The translations under genes and the position numbers were made by a program. DNA of 58,526 bases, the filler included, from Sphacelaria rigidula (Eukaryota): assembly GCA_964200075.2 (NCBI GenBank). It is 7 parts of 7 records of this genome, joined end to end, with 100 filler letters (N's around TTAATTAATTAA, not from the genome) between each part and the next. Parts side by side here need not be neighbours in the genome. Positions count along the whole stretch, not along the records: positions 16,752 to 25,026 come from CAXNAA020011689.1; positions 25,127 to 33,401 come from CAXNAA020011690.1; positions 33,502 to 41,776 come from CAXNAA020011691.1; 4 more parts are not named here. The stretch is one strand, 5' to 3'. The notes beneath the pieces were generated by a model, which was given only the letters and a program-made list of their open reading frames with translations, did no database searches and was not told the origin of the DNA. Below, one piece after another: positions 24,525 through 36,700 of the stretch. Numbering within the stretch: position 1 is the first letter of the stretch; every line of letters begins with the position of its first letter.

Positions 24525-24761
24525 GTGGCCGTCCCGCACGAAGCTCTGGGCGAAGTAGGGTGCCCCCTGGCTTTGTACGATGCGGCGATGACCGCCACCG
24601 GCAAACCAATAGTTGACGACGACCCAACGCCAGGAGCGGTCGCCGACCCCATGGAATCATCGGAGGGAGGGCAACAGCAGAAACTTGGGGTGCACCTGTT
24701 CGCTGACTGGGGGTGTTCATGCGTGCGGATTAGGGGCGAGCCTGCAGCGGTTCAATCGGCG
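24525..24761 (+). CDS. Third visible exon of the KH-like protein; gene cut by contig end
   Basis: Bounded by AACAG|GTG and GCG|GTAAGG; 237 nt, phase 0/0. Encodes VAVPHEALGEVG ... VRIRGEPAAVQSA. Confidence 0.75.
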
Positions 24762-25026
24762 GTAAGGATGACGGGGAGGGGGGAGGGTACTTACGGCGTA
24801 CAAGTATTTTGTTTGATTGATTGATTGTCGCACTTTAACTGACCACCCATGGGTCCAGCCGTGGTCGCATGATGGACGTACCCAAGAAAAGCAAGACCGA
24901 AGCACTCGCTCAAGAAAACGAAGGAGCAGAAAAAAGTCGAATAGAACGACATAGTAGACTAAGACGGGGAGGGGGGAGGGGTGGGGGGGGGGGGGGGGGA
25001 TTCATTGGTTGGTTGCCTTAGGCATT

Positions 25027-25126
25027 NNNNNNNNNNNNNNNNNNNNNNNNNNNNNNNNNNNNNNNNNNNNTTAATTAATTAANNNNNNNNNNNNNNNNNN
25101 NNNNNNNNNNNNNNNNNNNNNNNNNN
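25027..25126. other. Artificial contig spacer
   Basis: N44-TTAATTAATTAA-N44. Confidence 0.97.
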
Positions 25127-25798
25127 ACCATTGACCACGCATCCCTTTCGAGACGGAGCGCGCGGGGGGGGGGGCAGGACAAGATGATTGAGTGATGAAT
25201 CGATCGAGCAATTCGACTGTTCGTCGTACATTGGCTGATCCACACGAGATCAGCCATTGACGAAATTATTGCATGGTGAACGCCAGGTTAAGATTTAGTA
25301 CCGGTCCGGAGAAAATAAACTGTCAATGACGTGTACATGTCAAAACACCGCGAAAGGAACGCTGCTGCAGTAGTGTTGGGGAGGAAAAAAAAAATGTTGC
25401 GTTTTCTTTCAAGGTATTGTGCGCGTGTGCTCTTCGCCAAATGTGTGCTCGCTGACTAGTGTTGTGTTGACGGCTGGCACAGAGTCATTCTAAAGCGGCA
25501 AACCCGCGCAGCCTTTTGCCAACGCGCATACCCGCAAACATGCAAACGTAGAACTGCACAATCTTCCTCCGCTCATGTTCATCAACTAACTCACTGCATT
25601 CCAGCTTTCGTAGGTTAGCGGCCTGACGACCTGCTTCACGTCTACTCCGCCGAGACCGACGGGAGCACAAACGAGGGCAACGGTTGCACACACCGATATC
25701 TCGCGAAACGAATACACGGTCAAGTCTACCGCTACGGACGCGGGCTACCGGGCGCCAACAAGAGCAGCCAGGGTTTCATTCGACATCGCGTTTCTCAC

Positions 25799-25976
25799 CC
25801 GCCCCTGCCAGCAAGGCAATCCCACAGGACCTTCAAGCCCTCACGTTGGTGCGGATGCAGCCTTCGCGCTAGCGTGGCGCCAGCACGGATCGGCTGAGGA
25901 GGCGTGCCCTTGGTCCATTCCAGAACCACATCTTCGGGATCCACAACCGCTGTCGTCGTCGCCGCACTGGTACCGT
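25799..25976 (-). CDS. RAD54B/RDH54-like SNF2 ATPase, coding exon 3 (start of SNF2_N domain); gene cut by contig end
   Basis: Bounded by TTTCAG|AC and GG|GTGAGA. Encodes LARRLHPHQREGLKVLWDCLAGRG, the LRPHQREG Q-motif of the RAD54 subfamily. It is not shown in this frame by the ORF track. Confidence 0.85.
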
Positions 25977-26501
25977 CTGAAAGGCGTGATCAAGCAAGAA
26001 AGGATTTGAAACAATTGGGGGGTGAAGATAACCACAGTCCGTACTTCACAAAAAAGTGAGCGCTGAGGGGGTGGTTAGCCCGGTGGTTGGTGTTGATGGC
26101 AGGTTGTTCCGAGACTCATTTGAACGGCTACTGTGGCATCGTGATGATCCGCGGGACAAAATCCTAACCGTCGGAAGTAGAGATTCGAGTCCCACACCAT
26201 GAAAAAAGGGAATTTCGCAGTGATGCTCGTTCGTATGTGTTGGCCGGACGGAAGCAACATGTTGGCAACCCCAAACGCGCGAAAATTCCAAGTGGAGGGT
26301 GCACAATTCCGTTACATTACCAGACATGATTTGCGCCGTCAGCTCCTCCAACAGACGCCCAAGAAGAAAGGAATTGCCCATCATCGCCATCCAACATTAT
26401 CACACCACCTAGTAACTCCTCCAGAGCTCCAAGAACTCTCGGCGTCATCACAAATCTTCACGGAATATATATGTCAAGAAAAAAACGAACCCAGCGAGCA
26501 C

Positions 26502-27540
26502 CTGCCGAAGAGCCCCCTCCTCCACCAGCATTATGTGCTCCGACGTCCGAGCCTCGCCTGACGTTGCCACCAACACCACTCAAGCGAGGGGCCTTGGCCG
26601 AGCTCGTGAATGGGGGAACAGGATCACCTTCCGCGGTACCACCATTGGACGGCGTATCTGTTGATGAACGCTTCCCCGAGGCCAGGCGCGGGGCGTGAAA
26701 CCGGCGCAATCCTCCTACGTTGCCACCGCCGCGTGTCCGCAAGCCACCTGTCTGGTTTCTCGCCACAACGGCAGGAGTAGCAGTAGCCTCGGCGGCTGCG
26801 ACTGTGTTTGACGAGTCATCCGCTGAATCGTACCGTGGAGAAGATCCAAGGGACTTGCTCGGCGCGGGGGGCTTGCATCCATTTCGCTTGCGTTCCAGAC
26901 CGCCGCCACGGCCGCGGCCGTACAATCCACCTGCAAAGGCTCCTCCTGCTGCGAGGGGCGTGTTCGTTTGGGGAATGGTGCTTGTAGCTGCCGCCTGGAG
27001 GACCGTGTCGCCGGCTGGTGTGGTCATTGAGTCTACGATGGAGGCAGGAGTAGCGTCAGTCAACAGCGATGACGACGATGGCGACGGTAATGACAATGGC
27101 AATGGTGACGTCCTCTCGTCCCTGGCTGCAGTCGCTTCACCCGCAGCAAGCCCAGAGGAGACGTCGCGTACTGGCGGAGAGGATGGCGACTGGAGTAGGC
27201 TGTTTGCCGTCGCGGTCGTTATCGTGGCACCGAGTCTCCTCTTGACCCCTGTCCCCAAACCACGGGCGCTTCTTGTTGCACCGCCGATAGCGGCACCCAC
27301 CCGGCCTCCAACCTTCCCAGGTGCGACACGTGATGACGTCAATGCGGCCTCGGGCTTCCTGGCACTGTCCACGGTGAGCTCAGCAAGCGGATCGCGTTGG
27401 TGTGTTGCAGCGGTCCCGTGCAGCTGTGCCATGATCTGGAGGCTCGCGCTACCGACTCTTGTTTCGTCCCCGTTTTCCTGCAGCACGGCGTTGGCTTCGT
27501 CGGGCTTGAGGCGTGACGACGAAACTTTCGTGGACTCATC
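26502..27540 (-). CDS. RAD54B/RDH54-like gene, coding exon 2 (end of DUF2439-like domain plus long Ser/Thr/Ala/Gly-rich linker)
   Basis: Lies within ORF 26458..27675. Acceptor ACCAG|GAT (phase 0) and donor GCAG|GTGCTC (phase 1) match the phases of the flanking exons. Confidence 0.75.
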
Positions 27541-28045
27541 CTGGTTGTTGGGGCCAGAGTGTGCGAAGAATACCGCAGGTGACGAGTACAGCAAAACACC
27601 GACGGTGATGAAAAGAATCCTGCAACCTCGGTCGTCTGAACAATTACGGCAGCTATCTGCCGCTCCAACCGACAAGTTGAGTTCCGCGGAAGACCTCGTT
27701 GGAAATCTTCTACTGTCTGGGATCTGAAGGTGGGGGCTAGCTTCTCGGAAAAGTCGAGGATAGGTTGAACAGCCCCAATAAGGGGGTGCTATACCCCGTC
27801 ATCTCCGGTGCTTGCAGCGTCTGTGTAATGGGGGCATTTGAACTGGCCGCTGCATGTACCGCGTCTACTACTGGCACTATCTGTCATGTGCTTTTGATGT
27901 ACACTGGAGCTCATGTGCACCATACCATCACTACACAGTGCGCACCCCTATGCAAATGTACCATACAAGACGGTATTCCAGATGGCGAAAAAGCAAGGAA
28001 CAAAAGTGCATATTGGGTCGAGTGCCGACTCTCGAAACATTATAC

Positions 28046-28159
28046 CTGATCCCAGATAGTGAGCACTCCAGTGGTAGGGTCAAATTTTGCCACTCCATCG
28101 GTCCAACGCTTTCGCTTCTTCTGTTGAGCATCTTTCGACCATAGACAGCTGAACTCCAT
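28046..28159 (-). CDS. RAD54B/RDH54-like gene, first coding exon (DUF2439-like)
   Basis: ATG at 28159 encodes MEFSCLWSKDAQQKKRKRWTDGVAKFDPTTGVLTIWDQ, followed by donor GTATAA. It resembles the DUF2439 EF.CL...KK.K.W.DG motif. Confidence 0.75.
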
Positions 28160-28654
28160 TCAGCACCAGAGCCAGCGAGCCTGCTGCAGGACAGAGTGTC
28201 GGGAGTACCGGTCAGACAAGGGTCAGAACATGCCTCAGAAATTCAAATTGGCAAATGATGCATCTCAATTCAAATACGGGTCGAATGGAACATGACAGCT
28301 GCAGAATCTTGGCCCTCAACACGATGTGCTGACTAGCACTAGCAAACTTACAGCATTGCGGTGCAGGAGCAGTATACTACTCGGCGTGGGTACTTCTTGT
28401 CTCGTAGAACTTTTGGATTGCAGGGTGCTGGAGAGTGAACAGCGCCGCTGATGCTCTACTCTGGGAGCCAGAAAAACAAAACATTTTTGAAATCCTGATT
28501 GAAGAGCATCCGTACACTGAGATCGTGTGAGCTCGTGGGGTGGCGGTGCAACGATATTGGATACTGCGGTAGCTCCGTAGCCTGCTTGAGGAGTTGAGGT
28601 CTGTGACGGGGTGGTGGGTTCTTGGAGCACGCGTGGTGACAGCTGACGGCCATC
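28160..28654. promoter_or_regulatory. Putative bidirectional promoter and 5' UTR region
   Basis: 495 bp between the divergent start codons of the RAD54B-like and RFC genes. Confidence 0.5.
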
Positions 28655-28699
28655 ATGGCATCCATTGATGATCCCATGGAGATCGATTTGTCCTCTGAG
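28655..28699 (+). CDS. RFC5: Replication factor C small subunit, probable exon 1
   Basis: Encodes MASIDDPMEIDLSSE followed by donor GTGCGT (phase 0). It splices in frame to VKGKGKGK; an M.ID...KGK N-terminus is typical of this subunit. Confidence 0.6.
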
Positions 28700-30905
28700 G
28701 TGCGTCGAAAATACCGCGCAAAAAGCTACGAAATCGTGGCATGGTGCATCTCCTTGTCAGAACATGAGCTCGGCAGGGCGGTGTTGGGTACGTGCCCGTG
28801 GTCGGCATGCTGAAGTTCTGTGTGTGCTTGCTGTGTACTGTTTGTGAAGGCAAGTTGCGTTTGCTGTCACGAGTAGACCCTGCACCACAATGCAGCCTCG
28901 GCTTTGTTCGCACCAGCGATGTATCAAAGCGAAGAACTGGAGATCATTTTTTTTTCAAATATTGCGCGGAGCATCTTGTCTGTTCGCGTACACCCTGTCG
29001 TTCGCGCACTGAAGACACTGGTCGCAGCTGGCACAGATGGCTACATCACAGACGGTGCAGTAGTACAGTACCGCGCGTTCCAGGAACAGGTGCACCGCAC
29101 CGTACCGTACCATTCGCTAATGCAGTCAGTAGATTGTGTTGGAAGCCACTGTGAGCCCAAGAGCCCGCTATCCATGCTCTTACTATCAAGTCTTTGAATT
29201 TGACGGTCTATGTTTCTGTTCCGAGATTTTGTCCGGTGACAGTCCTGCGCGAGTTTTGAAAAACATATTCTCGGAGGCGTCCGTGGACGCTGAGGGGCTT
29301 GTCTCAGCACATTTTTTTCTCGATTGAAAGAATGGGGAGGTGTTATTTATTTGATCGAGAATCGCTCATCTTTGTCGAGTTGGGTGCGAGCGAATTTTCA
29401 AGCTTTCGAACGAAAAAAGACGGTGACAGTCGTGAAATGGTACATGGCCACCCGTGTACAGTACAGTCTGTACTGTCGGCACTGCATGCAAGCAGTGTGT
29501 GTCTTGAGTGCGTGTGTGCATGTCATGTACTGTAGGATTTAAAAGAGAAGCCGGCAACGTGCATCGCAGACAGCCCAGGGTCATCAGTTCTCTCTGCTGA
29601 CAATGCGACGTGAAGAGGACTTCAACAACTTGCAGCTTTGTGCTGCCTGCAATGTCCATGATTGATTGATTGATTGTCGCACTTTAACTGACCCCCCAGG
29701 GGTCCAGCCATGAGCGCGTACGAAACTCGGTTGCTCACCTTACCATGCAGTTCCGTCGCCGATCCTACCATGAAGGAAGATGTGCAAGTTTTCGCCAACA
29801 AAAAATAAACAAAGCATACCCAGCTACTGTAGTGTATCTATCCCTGTGCTCAACTCGTGCTCTATGCTCCAGGGTTACGGTGGTAGCAGAGAATGAGTTG
29901 GATGGTGTTTGCATGGTTCTGTCAACGGGTGTTAACTGGCGTGGTGGTCTGTAAGATAGGAGTCAATTGCCGCTTCGTGTCTTTCGACCATCGAAAAAGC
30001 TTAGCTTTATGCTTTTGTAGTTTTGTCTCCGCGCGCTACTAATTATGAAGTTGAGCTGAAGCCTTCTAGGAACAGAAATGCGGTGGACTTATCAGATCGA
30101 GGAAAAAAAACGACCGCACTCTTTCGATCGAAAAAAAAGTGCGAAGACACGGCCTGAAGGGACATGGGCCCTAGCAAGAGTGACACAAGAGTAAGATTCT
30201 GGGGCAACGGGCATGCAGCAGCAGTTTGGCATACTCGTAGGAGTAGTGCGCACGTTCTTCTTTGCTCTCGGTTCATTCATTCTATTGTACACATCTCTGG
30301 TTTGTCTCTGCTGCTGCGCACTGGATTTCTTGGCATGTCCACGGTCACACGTCCTGCAATTTTAGCGCGATCGCTTCTGCTACACTACTTACTGACTGTA
30401 CTATTTTCGCTGCACGGAGATGACATTTTGCTGCTGCTTGCGGTAATGATCGAATGACAATGACGCGCGGCACATGCGCGATAACGGCATTTTGTTTCAA
30501 TATCATGTTGGGAAAACAGTTTCGGACCCGGCCTCAGAAGCCCGTCGTAGGTTTATCGTCCAACGAGCGATTTGGGCGGTATAAGGGTTAACCCCTTGAC
30601 CGCAAGGGGGGGCGTACTCATTTGTTGCTTGCCTTAGTCGTTTGACCATTGATCACAAGGGGTGGTCTTGTATTGAGTCGTCATTATTTTCACCTGGAAA
30701 ATCTGCTGCAAGACCCAGTTGACCTACCCTGGCGGGCAAAGGGTCGAGCTTGAAAAACTCTGTTTGCTTTGTGCGCTCATGACTCGCTTTTCGACAAGCA
30801 TATGGCACCATATGTTGGCTGTACTGCGCAGAACTTACGATACTACACAGTACGGTTTCTACGCCCATTGCAGCCACATATCTTGGCTACATCAAGCGCA
30901 CGCGC

Positions 30906-31020
30906 GGGTGGGGGGGTACTCATGATCTTGCATGCCGTAGTCATATGGTCATTGACCTTGCATCCCTACAAAGCCGGGACAGAGCACGCCAGCCCTTCTC
31001 CAGACCATGCTGGTAATCAA
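30906..31020 (+). repeat. Family A repeat, full length
   Basis: polyG-TACTCATGATCTTGCATGCC...CCCTACAAAGCCGGGACAGAGCACGCC...AATCAA. Confidence 0.85.
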
Positions 31021-32294
31021 TCACCTAGCGCGCAGCGCCGTGATGTGTTCGGCAAGTCACATGAAGCCTGGGTTGCATTCTAAGATCGCACGGTCCGAAT
31101 CGTACTGATCATCGTGCATTTGAGTGACAGCCTCTAATGAGTTGCTTCATTTTCAGACATCGCCACTTCCGGAGACTGCCACGGCTTACACATTGCCTCA
31201 TGATTTTCGTACTATTTATATTTAATCACTACGTAGAGTGTACATTTCTTTGCTCAGATGCATCTAGGGGGGTAATTTATTTGGCCAGTGTGCGGTGCTA
31301 TTCTACATTGATAGCGTGCTATATGGGCAAATATGTGCCATTATTGCGGTCGGTGAAATCCTAAAAAAAGTGACAAATACAAATTTCGAAGTACAATTCA
31401 CCGTTTTCCATACACGGCGGAGTATAGGCAAGACATATGGCAAGAGCTGCACCCGAAGTGGGCCAAGAGAGCGGACAAAATTTCATGCAGACCTAAGGTA
31501 AGTTTAGTCACCCCACGTATAGCAAAGCATGTTCACACACGTCGATCGACCGGCGTATGCGGCACATGGAGCTTGATACCCACACGGCTTACGCTGGCAT
31601 CTACACAATTGAACCCCTCGAGACCCTCTCCTTCCGTCCCCGGGCGAGACGTCTCTTTATTTCAAGCCTTGGCGAAGAAACTATGGGAACAGAAAAGACC
31701 GACGGCAACCATTTTTACACCGGGAGGAGGTCACAGGAGAACCCACCAGCATACGTCATGCACACGCCAAAAATGTCACCCCGATGCGGTTGGATTAGTT
31801 TTATCTAATGAGGGGATGCAACGGGTCAAGTACGTTCAACTTTGTGCACACAGCCAAATCCAGCACTTGCGGGCCTGGACTATGTACAGTCAAAAATCGG
31901 CACCACCTCTATTTTCCCTACACTGAGTCCCGTGCTGCACTTGGGCGCATTTTTATACGGGTCTGAAAAACGCGCCTTGGGCTACTACTCTTGGGTGAAA
32001 GCTGTACAAACTCAACCATACGCCGTTCAAAAAACAGCAGCTCGAAATCTACACTTTTTTCCCCCATCGCCAGTGCCAAAAGGGTTGAACTGTATTTGCT
32101 TGTTGAGATAACGACTTACACAAAGTCCATTTGGTGACTATACCCCACTCGAAAGCCCTTGCTCACGCTGCTCTGCTGCTCGCACCCCCCCGCCCGGTCA
32201 GCCCCCACGCCAACNNNNNNNNNNAAACAACCAAAATAAAACACTTCTGTTTGTTCCCCCCCCCCCCCCCCCCCCCCCGCCCATGCGCCACTAG

Positions 32295-32487
32295 GTGAAA
32301 GGAAAAGGGAAGGGTAAGGGCAAGGCGGCGTCTTCTGCTCCCACGCCGAGTTATGATTCCACGTCGGTGGGTGCGCTATCACGGCTGGCTCAGCGAGAGA
32401 CGACACGACAGACCTTGCCGTGGGTGGAGAAATACCGACCATCGTCGCTCGACGACCTCGTGGCTCACGAAGACATCATTGGCATCC
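32295..32487 (+). CDS. RFC5: Replication factor C small subunit (human RFC5 / yeast Rfc3 type), exon 2
   Basis: Bounded by CTAG|GTG and ATCC|GTGAGT. Encodes TLPWVEKYRPSSLDDLVAHEDII, i.e. RFC box II with the H.DI signature of this subunit. Confidence 0.85.
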
Positions 32488-33401
32488 GTGAGTGAAAGAG
32501 AAGACGCACTTCGGAGAACAACCCACCCTCAAACTCTACGGGCGCACCGGTATAGAAGGGGGCATGGCCACTATCTACGCTGTCGTGAACATGAGCCAGA
32601 CTTCGTCTTCGCGCAACGACGACTCTTCCTTGACCGTAACGATTGGGAGAAGCAGCCAGACACGAGACATATCGCCGCACGGCTTTGCTGATCCTCGCGC
32701 TGAAACTATTCCGAAATAACCAAGTACAGTACCTCCATCGCACCACTGCAGTAGGCGTAGGGCATGTTCTCCATTCCAGTCGCAACTGAAGGAACAAGGA
32801 GTAGGAAAAGCGGTAAAACACGCACGGTTTCCGTTGATCGCTGCTCCCATGATTCATGAGGCCGTCAGTAAAACATTATCAGGCCGTCAATATAGCGAGA
32901 GTCGAAGGAAATCGTTATTATAGTTCAAGAATATAGCACCGTTCGACAAACGAGCAATACCTGCGATTGTTTTCTTCGAGCGACCCCCGGCCCCCTCCTT
33001 CCACAAAAAGCGAATGTTGATGCATCCGTCGCAATGCTGACCAGTTTAAATATTGTTTTTTCTGAAGCTTGGCGAAAAGATACCCAAAGCAGCGCTTCAC
33101 ACGGAATAGGCAAACAATGCCATTTCGCCTGGCCGCTCTAACCTACCCCACGCTCGTCTGTCGTCTGATCGCGTGACCCATTTTGTTTTGGCAGAAATCT
33201 TGACAGACGTTCATGCGACCCACGTGTAAACCCGCGCCGTGCGCTCTGCAACAAAAGGGGGGGTATCGAGAAGGGTCCTCTTACCTCTTGCTGGCTGTTG
33301 CGGTACTTGTGTGTAGCCGTTTGCATGTTTCACGGTTAGGACAAATCATCACGACTCAAAATCACCAAATTCACGATTTCTTTGGCCTGATTGCCCAAAA
33401 G

Positions 33402-33501
33402 NNNNNNNNNNNNNNNNNNNNNNNNNNNNNNNNNNNNNNNNNNNNTTAATTAATTAANNNNNNNNNNNNNNNNNNNNNNNNNNNNNNNNNNNNNNNNNNN
33501 N
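33402..33501. other. Artificial contig spacer
   Basis: N44-TTAATTAATTAA-N44. Confidence 0.97.
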
Positions 33502-33549
33502 AGTACTGCCAGTACAGGAATACTGGCAGTTAATACTGGTCCAGGACCC

Positions 33550-33760
33550 AACCCTACGAAATACCCTGGTATCGTAGGTATAGTAGGTATTGCATTTGAA
33601 AATATCGGATTGGGCGGGTACGGTAGGTATTGAAACCTCGAAATACCCTGGTATCGTAGGTGTCGTAGGTATGACATTTCAAAAACCGGATGGGACCGGT
33701 ATCGGTAGGGTATGAGATGTCCCCCATACCGTTACCGGGTACCTACCTTACCTAAGGTGC
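33550..33760. repeat. GGTATCGTAGGT/TACC motif cluster (TIR-element subterminal type)
   Basis: CGAAATACCCTGGTATCGTAGGT occurs twice, with many GGTA/TACC motifs nearby. Confidence 0.6.
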
Positions 33761-36700
33761 CCGTGGAATGTTCCGTGTCCTACAGGCACTACTACTTCGT
33801 ATACAAAAGGTGCACACAATTCTACCCCATCAGCCACCTCTAGGCAATCAGTTATTAGATGTAGCTGTCTATAAGGCACGAACAATTCACAATATCCGAT
33901 CTACAACCCTTGGCGTATCGGTATTCTCAAGCCTTCTGTACTGCACAGTAACAGGCAACAAAGTGTGCATACAGTACAGTGCAGTGCAGACTGTAACGTG
34001 AATTCACGGCCAACTGACCTCTATCGTGAAGGGGTCATCAGCGGCAGTGGTTGTGCACTCGACTGAGGTTATTCTCCCCACTGACCCGTCTTCCGCCACC
34101 GCCGCCGTGGTGAACGTCCACAGCAACAGAAGGACACCAGTCACTCGCGTGAAATCACCGAACATCGTCGATACTTACTCAAACTTGCGTACCTCGACCT
34201 TAGCCTTTCACAAGCCTCTCATGCCGTTGCTGATGATCTGGATTGCCTATCGCGCAAGAATCGCGCCTTGATCCGCAGTCCGTGAAATGGATGATGACTA
34301 TAGGAGACGAAAATGTTCCGATAGCCACGGAACATCTGGATGCAAACCCTACTGCCTGCTAGAGTAATACCCTTTGGCCTGCACAGTGCGGTACTCCCTG
34401 TTCCTGTTGTCACAGTCCGCTCCAACTCTGCGGTGTAACGGCGATTTGTACTGCTTGAAGAACCAATAATGGTGTTGCCGCTTCGCCAAGGTCTGCGCGC
34501 TGTGATCTGTCTGCTCTACGTTTGCTGCGCGGCATCCAAAAAATGCGGAGGAGGGGAAGATCTCCCAACAGATGCAAATCTTCGCATAGGAGTGACTCAT
34601 AGGCCTGAGGCAAGTCGGCCGCTCCCCTTGTGCCCTGATGATTTTTTCGGTTAGTTCGTAGTGAGTTTGGTCCAACGGGTATGATATGCTAGCAGCTAGG
34701 ATGTCACACCCGTTGGTGTGGGTGGTTGAAACCACTATCAACAGACAGTTATGTTGTATCAGGGTCTAGAAGTTCCTCTTTAGCTCAGGCAGGTGTTTGC
34801 AATAAACCACGGTTCGGACGAATCAATGCCGGTTCGAGTAACTAAATCCACGATTTCGCACGCCTGATCGCCCGAAAGAGAGAGGAAAGAAAATAGTCGA
34901 CCGCTGGTCAATCAGGTCTCCACGCAACTTTTGCGCCATTCCGCGTGCCTGGGCTGCGCGTCACTGGCTTGCAACGCTGAAAACAAAGCCTGAGGATTGA
35001 TTCGTACGGTACGAATCAAATAGTCTAAAATCAAGTAATTTCCAGGCGAATCATCAATTCGTCCGACCATTGCAATCAACCATTTTTCGCCCCATATATA
35101 TCAAATTTCTGTAACGTTAACGAACGGGGGCCGATTTTGGGTACTAAATTCCTGGAAAGTGCAAGCTGAACGCTATATGCGTCAGAAGTGGTCCGTAATC
35201 CAACGAATCAAATCAATGGAAAATACACGCTCCACCTACAAATGACGATCTGACTTATATGAAATGAACTACATTTCTGGTACATTTATTCAAGCCTGGG
35301 AGTGGTTGGTGTTGAGGTGGTATTGTTCCCCCGCTCCACATCAGTAGATGGTCTGTACCACTCGGGAAGCACACGCCCCCGAGCTGCCACCCCACGTTTA
35401 CCGCCATTGCGAAGATAACAAGAACACGAACAGCAGCTGTTGTGGCCGCCACACACCAACGTAACTGCAGTGAATGGCGTGCCTGACATAGTGCTAGAAC
35501 GAGAAAGTAGGGAATGCTGAGATCGTGAGCAGCAGCGCCGCGCCTGTGAAAACTACTGAGAACGATGTTGATGATGTTGAAGGTCAAGAGGTTCACGCTG
35601 TGCGGATTGGCTGCGCGCTGCATGTCCTACACACAGCTGTGACTGCGGGATTGGAGAGTGATTTTTTCATGAACCCCTTGGGGTCAGGTTCATGGCATGA
35701 GTGGAAGGAATCTCATGTTGTCAGTCGCTTGGGCGGTCTGGTTCTCTCTGTCCAGATCAACATCTTCCAAGTCATTTTCCCGCTAATTTCAGAATCTCGT
35801 AAGGGACAAAGTTGCACAAACGTGACGAAAAACAACTTTGAGGCCGGCAGAGACGGGATGGATGGTGATATGGGAGGGGGCGACGCTCCTGAAATGAGGT
35901 GAATTGGTTAGTCACCGAATGCGCTCCTTCCCGCCTGTGTAGTGTCCCATTTAAACAGCAAGTTGGCTAAAGTCGCATAGCTTACATGTTCTTTGCAGTA
36001 TGAACAGGCAGTCATGTGAAACATCGTTGCTCTGCCGATCCGGTCATAGATGCCCAGTGTGTCATCGAGAATGAAAATCGCTCTAGACGCCTTGGGTTCT
36101 GCCTCGAAACCGTCTACCACAATGCAGCCGTATTTCATGTGTGGACTCGTCCTCTACAAGTCAAGGGGATAAAATGGCACTCGCTCATGATACGTGAGGT
36201 TGCCCTTTGTGCACATCCCCACCGAACAGAGCAGCACATGGCGGACCGACACCGCAGCAAATGCCATGGCATTGGTTGGTGCCAAAAAATAACATCTGAT
36301 CGAAGATGCAAGTTGGTGCAAATTGCATGGTTTACATATCCTTTCAGTATGTACAGGCAGCCACTTGAAACATCGTGGCTCTCCCGACCTGGGCACATAT
36401 AGTGCGTAGTCTAATATAAAAATAACTTTTCACGCCTTGGCTTCGCTGGAACCCTCAGACACAACGGCCGAAGTTCATGTGTGACCTCGCCCTCTGCAAC
36501 TCAATACATGAAAAGTAATCGCTGTTGAAAGACGAATTTGCCCTTTGTGCACAGCCGTACAGAACGAAGCAGCACCTGGTGGCACGCCACAAAGTGAAAT
36601 GCCGTCACACACTGCTCTCCGCAAGAAAAAAAAAGCACGCAGCCCAAACCAAAGCTTGTCGAACGTCACATAGTTTGCATCGCATTCTTATATTATGAAA

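Noticed and set aside
24980-25160. Family B halves on both sides of the gap as evidence of true contiguity
   Set aside because: High-copy repeats commonly terminate contigs, and the truncated genes on either side are incompatible with a real join.
24761-25799. Convergent or overlapping KH-like and RAD54B-like genes, or a RAD23-RAD54-RFC repair cluster
   Set aside because: They lie on different contigs joined artificially; only the RAD54B-like/RFC pair is truly linked.
26130-26200. tRNA gene in the RAD54B-like intron (GATTCGAGTCCCACACCA)
   Set aside because: A B-box-like end is present but no convincing cloverleaf; it is more likely a SINE remnant.
27541-27723. Upstream in-frame acceptor at 27723 for RAD54B-like exon 2
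   Set aside because: It is possible, but it would insert 61 aa into the DUF2439-like domain; 27540 gives a more natural continuation.
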